Shown: piece after piece, positions 54,894-64,000 of the stretch
Layout of the letters: each line of letters opens with the position of its first letter
Position numbering within the stretch: position 1 is the first letter of the stretch
Made by a program: the position numbers and the translations under genes
The notes under the pieces: model-generated
What the model saw: the letters and a program-made list of their open reading frames with translations, nothing else
Database searches by the model: none
Told to the model about the DNA's origin: nothing
Assembly (NCBI GenBank): GCA_951406725.2
Contig: OX597814.1
Location: 10,354,001-10,418,000, forward strand
DNA length: 64,000 nt
Direction of reading: 5' to 3'
DNA from: Octopus vulgaris
Lineage: Eukaryota

Positions 54894-55491
54894 AAGAAGG
54901 AATATATTCACAGACACGACAGAGTTGGGACATATATACACTGGAAACAATGCCAACATTATGGAATAACAACAGAAAAAAGATGGTATAGGCACACACC
55001 AGAAAACGTCACAGAAAACGAGAAAGCAACCATACTCTGGGATATGCCAATACACACAGATAGAGAAATTAAGGCCAACAGACAAGATATAGTTGTCAGA
55101 GATCATGAAGAAAAAAATGTTTTCTAATTGATGTATCAATACCAGCGGATGACAACGTGTCTCTAAAAGAAATGGAGAAACTTTCAAAATACAAAGACCT
55201 GGAAATAGAGGTAACCAGAATGTGGAATCTAAAAACAGAAACAATTCCTATCATAGTAGGTGCATTAGGCATGATAAAAATATTCAGACAAATACATAAC
55301 AAAAACACCAGGACTTACAAACACATATAACATACAGAAAATTGCACTACTAGGCACTGCACACATCCTACGCAGAACACTTTCCATACAATAACCATCA
55401 GAGCATCACAACAAATCTCAGTACATACCCAAGGCACGCAGAGCTGTGCTCGGTAGTGAAGTGAAAGCACGATATAAAAAATATACTACTG
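54894..55491 (+). mobile_element. R4/Dong-like non-LTR retrotransposon 3' fragment (RLE) in (TAA)n
   Basis: KEYIHRHDRVGTYIHW...ATILWDMPIHTDREIKANRQDIVV...LIDVSIPADDN...EKLSKYKDLEIEVTRMW...IPIIVGALG...IQKIALLGTAHILRRTL*. Stop at 55392-55394, with (TAA)n on both sides. Confidence 0.93.
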
Positions 55492-55513
55492 AATAATAAT
55501 AATAACGATGATG

Positions 55514-55579
<66 letters not shown>

Positions 55580-55643
55580 TGACAACAAAATAATGAAAGA
55601 GACCTCGATATTATGTAAAATAGAGGAATTTATCTATAAATAT

Positions 55644-55837
55644 GATATGTGACAATTAGTTGGTTGTCATAATAAAACTCAGAGTTTCGGATGCCTGGGC
55701 TGAAGTCTGCTCCGGCATCTCATCTGTTATCAAGACAAAACATTTTGTCTTAATAACTGATGAAATACCAGAGCAGACTTCAGCCCCGGTATTCGAAACT
55801 CTGAGTTCTATAATGACAACCAACTAATTGTCATATC
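55644..55837. ncRNA. Palindrome made of two head-to-head type I hammerhead motifs
   Basis: Arms of about 95 bp surround ca at 55741-55742. Plus arm: UAAUAA-CUGAUGA-AAUACC..GGUAUU-c-GAAA-CUCUGAG-UU. Minus arm: UGAUAA-CAGAUGA-GAUGCC..GGCAUC-c-GAAA-CUCUGAG-UU-UUAUUA. Confidence 0.75.
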
Positions 55838-55847
55838 CTGGTTAGTA

Positions 55848-55945
55848 TAAATACTAGGCTTACAAATAAGTCCTGGTGTCGATTTCTTCGACTAAAACTC
55901 TTTAAAGCGGTACTCCAGCATCGCCGTAGTCAGATAACTGAAACG
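55848..55945 (+). mobile_element. SINE family A 3' fragment
   Basis: tactaggcttacaaataagtcctggtgtcgatttcttcgactaaa...ctgaaac. Confidence 0.8.
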
Positions 55946-56617
55946 TATAGATTAATAGAAAAATTTAGTGAGATAGCGAATGATCTAGTGTGTTTCTTTA
56001 TGTGTGAGCAAAGGAGAGTTTGAAAGAAGAACAAAGAGAGAGGGAGAGAGAGAGAGAGGAAGGCAATTAAAAGTGGAAATATCAACACACTGGGTGAAAA
56101 TGAAGAGTATTTGTTCAAACAAGGGAGATAACAAACGTCAAAAAAAAAAAAAGCAAACATGACTGTGAGGTTGACAGCAAAAGCAACAACAATAGTATTG
56201 GTAATAATATATATTTTTATTGATACAAGGGCGACGAACAGGGACATTACAAGAACGAATTAGAAAAACGCTGCGGATTTTATATCTAATATATATAAAA
56301 AAAAAATATCTGCGTTTCAAGACAAAACAAAGAACAGACATACAAAATTCTAGCAATAATAAAAGGTGAAATAAAAAGGAGAAACAGATACAGTAGTGGG
56401 GGTGGGTAGATGTGAAGTTAGAGAGATACAGAAATAATGAGACGGCGAGATGGAGTAGAGAGGTAGAGGAGGAGAGAGGGTGAGACGGAGGGAAGAAGGG
56501 AGAGAGAGGGAAAATGGGCGATAACATTTGGGAAACGTCTGGTGATGTAAATGAGATGTAAAGTGATCGATAAAGAAACAAATATGGCACCAGAAATGCT
56601 TTACAGAATAAAGTACA

Positions 56618-56657
<40 letters not shown>

Positions 56658-56914
56658 CATACCTCTATACAAAAACACACATATATATAGATGTGTATAT
56701 ATCATTTATACGCGTGGATGTGTTTGTGAGTACGAGAGTGTGTATCCGTGTAATTGTGTGTACCTGTGTGCGTGTGTACAAACACCGATATATTTATATC
56801 ATATAATGGATATACATATATATATGTATGTATGCATATATATATGCGCGTGTGTGTGTGTGTATATGTATATGCATATATGTATATGTATGTGTATGTA
56901 TATGTATGTGTATG

Positions 56915-56951
<37 letters not shown>

Positions 56952-57063
56952 ATATGTATATGTATGTGTATGTATATATATATATGTATGTGTATGTATA
57001 TGTATGTGTATGTGTATGTATATATGTATATATATGTGTGTGTATGTATATGTATATATGTGT

Positions 57064-57110
<47 letters not shown>

Positions 57111-57879
57111 TACACTGACACAGCTACAGACATGTGTATGTGTAAGCGTGTGTGTGTGTATACGCAGGGTATATTTTGTTTATCATTCCTTCCAGCTTTT
57201 ATTTTTTCACAAGATTTTCTAATGATATATTTTCCTCATCCACCCCCCACCCCCACCCCCACCCGCGCACCTCCCAACATTTTCTTTCTCTTCTTATTTG
57301 CACATTTTCTGGCATTGAAATCTTAACAATCTTAAAAATCTTTGAAATCGCTATTTGTCAGGAAGTGAAGAAGAATTCCAATAAAGCCTACCACATTTCA
57401 ATAATGGACAATTTATTTGTTTCGTTTTGTTTCTCTCTGTTTTTACCATTTCACATATTATAAGAATCCTATACATAGTCATTCAGATTTATCTGGTGTC
57501 GTTTTTATCACCTATTTCTTCCTTTGGCTTTTCTTGCGCTTCTAGTTTTTTCTTGAGCTGGAATCGAGTATAAAATTTTGTAAAGTGTTTTGTGTTAACA
57601 AAATCAGCAACAGAATATTCACATTGAAGAAAAGAAGAAATTATTTATTCACCATTATATTTTTACTTTATGACCAGCAGAAGGAATAAAATATGGTGTT
57701 CTCGTATTCAGAAAGTGCTTTTATACAAGTTGTCGTTGTTGCTGTTGTTCCGTCATAAAATCTACTGCACTTTCTTCCATACATGCATGCATGCATACAC
57801 ATACGTACACACACATATATGACTAATATACATAGTACTTTCATATATATGTGCACACATACATACGCACATATATATG

Positions 57880-57952
<73 letters not shown>

Positions 57953-57957
57953 ATATA

Positions 57958-57999
<42 letters not shown>

Positions 58000-58461
58000 C
58001 ATGTATGTATGTATATATACATGTATCTATGCACACGTAAACAAGCATTTGCACGCATGTATGTATCTTATATAATATACGCGCGAATGCGTGTGTTGTT
58101 ATGTAGTTGATTCAATTAATCGTCCTGGAACCGACTATAGGAGTTGGTTTGATGAGATTTGACGAGATTTGACGCCCATTCATTGAATAATTCATGAACA
58201 TTTGAACATATTAAACATGTCTGCTCTTTCGTTACTGAGAAATCGGACCACAGAAATTTATAAGAACATTCCGTGATGATCTATAAAGAAAATCTCAAAG
58301 TCTTGCAGGAATGCATATGTTAGTTTAAGCGTTGACTAATAACAGGTGATGAGTCAATAGTTTGGCACAGCGACCTCAAGACAGGAGTGGTAGAAAAAGA
58401 ATTAACCTGCAATCTTAGTGCGGGCCAATTTCCACGATACACCGCTCAGAAGAGGTCTCAA

Positions 58462-58590
58462 CTTGAGCCAGCAGGTCTCGATCGCAGCGATGGCAAGCGC
58501 CTCGATGGAATAACCTTCTTTCCATTCGACAGAAGCAGATCTGTCTGGGACGCGACGTGCAGCGATACGTTCTCTGGTTCCAACCTTGAG
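58462..58590 (+). mobile_element. Fragment of a CRE-like RLE non-LTR endonuclease domain
   Basis: LEPAGLDRSDGKRLDGITFFPFDRSRSVWDATCSDT matches the EPxGLxRxDGKRPDGxT..PW..WDxTCxDT motif. Confidence 0.7.
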
Positions 58591-58640
58591 CATAAACGGA
58601 AAATTTACTAGCCTATTATTCGTGTCCCAAAAGCAGCAAT

Positions 58641-59649
58641 CATGCCAAAACTGAAACCAATTCAAAGGAGCAAGCCATCGGACGTCTCTATGCTGATCAA
58701 TGTCCAAGGTTCATTGCTAATGATTTGTTCTGCAGTATTCGGGCAATTGAGTGACTTAGGGAACGATACAATGCCACAAACAGCAGGGATGATCTTCTAC
58801 GCAGTGGGCGTCTGAGGGTTGCAACAGCACGTCATGATCGCCACCTTCACAGATAGCACTTCAGGGCCAATTCCGGTGGGTCACGGAATCAGGTAGGCAG
58901 ACCATAGGGTCTCACCAAAGACTCATTTGTGCAGAGATAGTTCGCTGCCGCCTAAGATCTGTCGACATCCGGCTAAGGGCCTTATCCTCACAGATTGCTT
59001 TCGACGGGCACATCAGAAATAGCGGTATCAGCAGTGGAAGACTGCAGTCTTCTCTAACGAAAGTCGATATTGCATTTTTGTGGCAGATGGCAGAGCTAGG
59101 GTTTGGAGAAAAAGGGGTGAAAGTCTTGCCGATGGTTGTGTGGTGGAGACAGAATCATGGGGTGGACAGAGCATCATGGTATGGGGTGGGATTGCACTCA
59201 GCCAGAAACTTGGACCGGTGGTCTACCAAAACATCGGCCAAGGCCGGGGCAATGAAGTAACTGCTGCTCTCTACATCGACCGAGTGTTGAGACCTGACAT
59301 TGGGTCATACTTTGCCCATCATCGGAATCACATATTCCAACACGACAACGCCCGAACATATACTGCTAGGTTGACAACAGACTTCCTCCAACAGCACAAC
59401 GTCCAGACACTGCCGTGGTCTGCCCTAAATCCGGACTTGAATCCCATAGAGCACTTGTGGGACGAAATCTAAAGAAGGCTAAATGACACCTATCCAAGGC
59501 TGACAACTGCAGTACAGCTCACTGCAAATTTTAACAGAGTGTGAGCTGCTGTCATCAATCGTATGGCTTTCATCAATCGTTTGGTGCATTCAATGTACTG
59601 GAGCTGCCTGGCGGTAATCAACGCTAACGGTGGTCACACGAGATATTGA
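58641..59649 (+). mobile_element. Tc1-family (DD34E) transposase pseudogene
   Basis: MPKL..EQAIGRL, RSGRLRV, WKTAVFSNESRY, DGRARVWRKRGE, GGQSIMVWGGI, FQHDNAR-34 aa-E in NPDLNPIEHLW, and AVINANGGHTRY*. Contains stops and frameshifts. Confidence 0.93.
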
Positions 59650-60201
59650 GTTCATCTCTCTGGATCAAGGATATCCATAATCACGTGACACCACGTCTCG
59701 TCAGACATGCTTCAGCATATGATGTTTTATCATTAGGAAAGAACGGTTTCTTAACTAGCACTCTTCAATCAATGCTATGGCAATCTGTTAGTAAACATGT
59801 TTCTATTTAGTATGTGTGTGACGTATCTTTTGCGGTTCGGCTTATTAATGAATGAATACTTTTTTGGTGGAATGCATGAAAATCGGGGTATATAATGGTG
59901 GTGGTGTATGGGGGGGGGGGGGGAAACGTCTGCGTACTGGAGTGTGCATGTGTCTACACGTGAAGAGTGAAGAGTGCAAGGCGTACGTGTGAGAGCGGTA
60001 TGAGTTCGTATTGTATGTAATGCGGATGTGAAAAGAAGGTGAGTGTGGGTATATGTGTGTGTGTGCACGCGCTCACCGATGTGTGTGATTGTCAATGAGA
60101 AAATATGCATGTGTGTATGTGAAATGTAGGTGTGTGTATCCGCGTGCTGATGTATGTCAAACGGAAAATAATTGATGAAATGTGATGTAAGTGTGAATAT
60201 A

Positions 60202-60363
60202 GGCGCAGGAGTGGCTGCGTGGTAAGTAGCTTGCTTACCAACCACATGGTTCCGGGTTCAGTCCCACTGCGTGGCACCTTGGGCAAGTATCTTCTACTAT
60301 AGCCTCAGGCCGACCAAAGCCTTGCGAGTGGATTTGGTAGACGGAAACTGAAAGAAGCCCGTC

Positions 60364-60433
<70 letters not shown>

Positions 60434-60658
60434 ATTTTTGTGTGTTTATATGTTTGTGTCCCCTCCACATCGCTTGACAACCGATACTGGTGTGTTTACG
60501 TCCCCGTATCTTAGCGGTTCGGCAAAAGGTTAGGCGATAGAATAAGTACTAGGCTTACAAGGAATAAGTCCTGGGGTCGATTTGCTCGACTAAAGGCGGT
60601 GCTCCAGCATGGCCGCAGTCAAATGACTGAAACAAGTAAAAGAGTAAAAGAGAAAGAG
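60202..60658 (+). mobile_element. SINE family A, full length with expanded internal (TA)n
   Basis: A and B boxes and the tail are intact. Confidence 0.92.
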
Positions 60659-61434
60659 TATGCGTATATAAATGAAACATGTGAATGTATGGAGGAGGGA
60701 TGGTCGAAGGGAGGAAGTTGCTTATGTCAATGCTCTGTTAGCGTGTTGGTGTGTGTAATTATGGTCGGTTTTGGAGTAGGGTGGGAAGGTCATGAGGAGT
60801 GGGTACAGGTGGGGATAACGAGGTAAAAAAAAAGGCGCAGGAAACAAAACGAATCGGTGTGTAATTTCGGAGCATGTGCAAGTTCGAAAATAAGAGGCAG
60901 CGAATTTAGACCAAAGAGTGTTCATGTTTGGAAAGAGAAGGCTGGCTTCAGTTCCATCTATATGCAAGTGGTTAGCGGGGCGGAAACGACAAGACACAAG
61001 ACACACACACACACACACATTGTAGGATTGGTATCCAAATAATACTTTCCTTTACTAAACTACATACCTGTTTGAAGTTAAAAATGAACAACGGAAGCAG
61101 TATTAGTACCGAATAACAACTTTTATAAGAATACCGTAATACTGTAATATTCGTTTCGAGGGACCATTTTGTACAGACGTTTTGTGCTTACAAGCACTAA
61201 AACGTAGATAAAACTTAGATATGTTTCGACCACAGATTAGTCGAGGCCATGTCTAACTTAATAGCACCACTTGATAGGATTATATAAATCCTGTTTAAGT
61301 CAAATTTTGTTTATGGTCCATCCAAGTAATGAGTTCTTGTTGAGTGAATTGTATCCAACTACGGGTGGCTTATCCGGTATTCCTTGAAGAAATCTGCCCA
61401 GACTCCGTATAAAGTTGATGGGATCCTTTTCCTC

Positions 61435-61653
61435 TTTGACCTCTTTTGGCCATATCCGGCCAAAGTTTTCTACCTATTTTATGTTTAAACTGACCAGATC
61501 AGGCCTCTCACACCTAACCTACATTGACATTCTAAAAATGAACAATCACGTCATTGAAACCTCAAGGCTATAAGATAATGCATGATTAATTAAAAACAAT
61601 TTGAGTGAAAAAGTATTACGTTTAACAGAGTAATCTGAACACTAAAGGGTTAA
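61435..61653. mobile_element. piggyBac-like MITE (right end AAAGGG-TTAA)
   Basis: The terminus gggttaa fits a piggyBac TIR plus TTAA target. The left end is degraded. Confidence 0.5.
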
Positions 61654-62434
61654 ACAGGACAGGGCCTGTTGAGGAAAAGAAATTAAGTCGCAGTGTACCT
61701 ATATGCTGTGATCCTGAATTGGGCGAAAATTATATATGAATAAAAAAATATTGAAAATAAAGAAAATCTGAAAGAAAGAAAGAAAGATAGTGATGATGTT
61801 ACAGACATAGAAAGAAGTAGAAAGAGAGGGAGTGAAAGAAAAATAATAATAAAAAAACCAATCACTAAGCAAACAAATACAACTCTTATCTATTTGTAGT
61901 GATGGTGGTGGGTGGTGGTGGGGGAATTGATTGTGTTTTTATCTTTCAATTGTAAAATATGTGTTTTCAAATCTTACAGAGAGACTAGCCAACACGACTT
62001 CCTGAGAATGAATGAGACAAAAATAAAATAAATAAATAAATATTTTTTGTCTTTTTTATGTTTTCAATAAATAAATAAATAAATACATAAGAAGAAATGA
62101 AAAGCATGCAGCCGAAACACGACATGCTAAATAGATGACGCCTAAAGCAAGTAAAAAATCTTTCTGTTTAAATCTAGTCTTTGCTTTTTTTATTTATTTC
62201 TCTTTCACTCTTTTTCTTTTTACTCAATATGGAACCAATAGTTTGACGTCCGTTTGATCGTAGACAAAAAGGCGACGTTTATTCAGCCGACCATGACACA
62301 GTACAAACTTGAGCCTTACCAAAAAAGATAATAATAAACATGATACACAACGTACGTGGCCATCTGTCGGGGTGTATAGGAGAAAGAAAGGAGGTGAAAT
62401 AGCATAAAACAGGAAGAAAATATTTAAAGTTAAA

Positions 62435-62778
<344 letters not shown>

Positions 62779-63174
62779 CTTTCGACGGTGTGTATCGGCG
62801 AAAGACGTAATCTTCTGCAGGAAAGTCGATAAACTTGGTTTTTTTCGAATGAAATATCTCGTAGGATATGTTCCGCCCAAGTTGCATAGTCACTCCCTTG
62901 ACGCTCCGACTATCGTAAACATAGCGAGCTGATAATTGGTTCGCTGGGAAGATGTAACGAATGATTCTATTGGTCATAAAAATGCCATATAAAATAGTAT
63001 AGCGTTAAAAGAAAATTAGTAAGTAAGCCATTGTTATCTCGCGTTTTGGGTATTCAAACAAGGCTGTGGGTGTTCATGTCCGCTATGAGAATGGATTATT
63101 GATTTAATAGAGAGACACAATATATAGCCTTTCGTCCTTATGTGGACGTGTGATTAATAAACTCAGTTAGCGGC

Positions 63175-63298
63175 TACGAGGTTGCGGGTTCAGTACCACT
63201 GGCCGGCGTCTTGGGTGAGTATCTTCTGCTATAGCCCCGAAATAATCTATGCCTTGTGAGCGAATATAATGGACAGAAAGTTTGTGGAAGCCTGTTAA

Positions 63299-63300
<2 letters not shown>
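63175..63300 (+). mobile_element. Degraded SINE family A 5' fragment
   Basis: gggttcagtaccactg...cttgggtgagtatcttctgctatagccc. Confidence 0.65.
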
Positions 63301-63354
<54 letters not shown>

Positions 63355-63754
63355 GTTAATAAAATAGAATATATGCATATATATAAACATATATGTACGT
63401 ACCTACCTCTACATGTACATATACACGCATATATGTGTACAGGACACCAAAAAGATGTCGAACACATAGAGAGACGAAAAACATAGACACAAACCAAGGA
63501 ACAAGACAAGCAAAAAAAGAGATACAGGACAATAAGCACAACGAAAAATCCCCTTCTTCAGTCGCTAAGGTTTCATCTACTAAACGTTTCGAAGGATAAA
63601 AGCGAGACGTATACTTCGAAGAAAACTTCCTTCCTGCGAAAAGCAAATCAATTAAAATTCTGAGATCTTTTCGCAGAGGGGTAAAAAAAAGCAAGACGGT
63701 AACGACAGTACAAACATATAAACAGTAAAAAATATATATATAAACAGTGGAAAA

Positions 63755-63793
<39 letters not shown>

Positions 63794-64000
63794 CATACAT
63801 ACATACATACATACATACATACATACATACGTACATACATACATACATACATATGTACAATATATATGAGCGAGAAGTAAACAGTAGTAGTATGGAATCG
63901 TAAAATATAATTGCCAACTAAATGTGGCGGTCACTCAGAGGATGATATTACTGTTGTTTTTAGCCCCAGTCGTTAGCCAGTTGGGGAGATGTCCTCCTGA

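Noticed and set aside
63545-63650. Possible hammerhead on the minus strand (ccttcGAAACGT...CTGAAGAagg)
   Set aside because: The motif order would require type II topology, and no helix I forms between the cleavage site and the core.

Overview
AT-rich, microsatellite-saturated eukaryotic non-coding DNA. It is very likely from an Octopus (coleoid cephalopod) genome, judged from the SINE/MITE families I recognise; this attribution is inference. I cannot support any intact host gene, and nearly all ORFs in the track are translations of (TA)n, (TATG)n, (ATT)n, (CAT)n and (GAA)n repeats. The window holds decayed mobile elements: three tRNA-derived SINE families, an RTE LINE, R4/Dong-like RLE LINE fragments embedded in (TAA)n, a Penelope-like GIY-YIG remnant, hATm, Tc1 (DD34E), maT (DD37D) and mariner transposase remnants, and MITEs. 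The most notable signal, which the ORF track does not show, is a dispersed set of about 10 type I hammerhead-ribozyme (HHR) motifs from several sequence families, in short Penelope/retrozyme-like elements next to (TA)n. These include one fully canonical copy (17.7 kb), a head-to-head pair with compensatory base changes (55.7 kb), a non-canonical A6U-core family (5.3 and 35.5 kb) and a terminally redundant 360-bp unit (29.6 kb). Also notable are a TSD-flanked 9x184-bp SINE concatemer with higher-order structure and a near-perfect ~390-bp foldback duplication.
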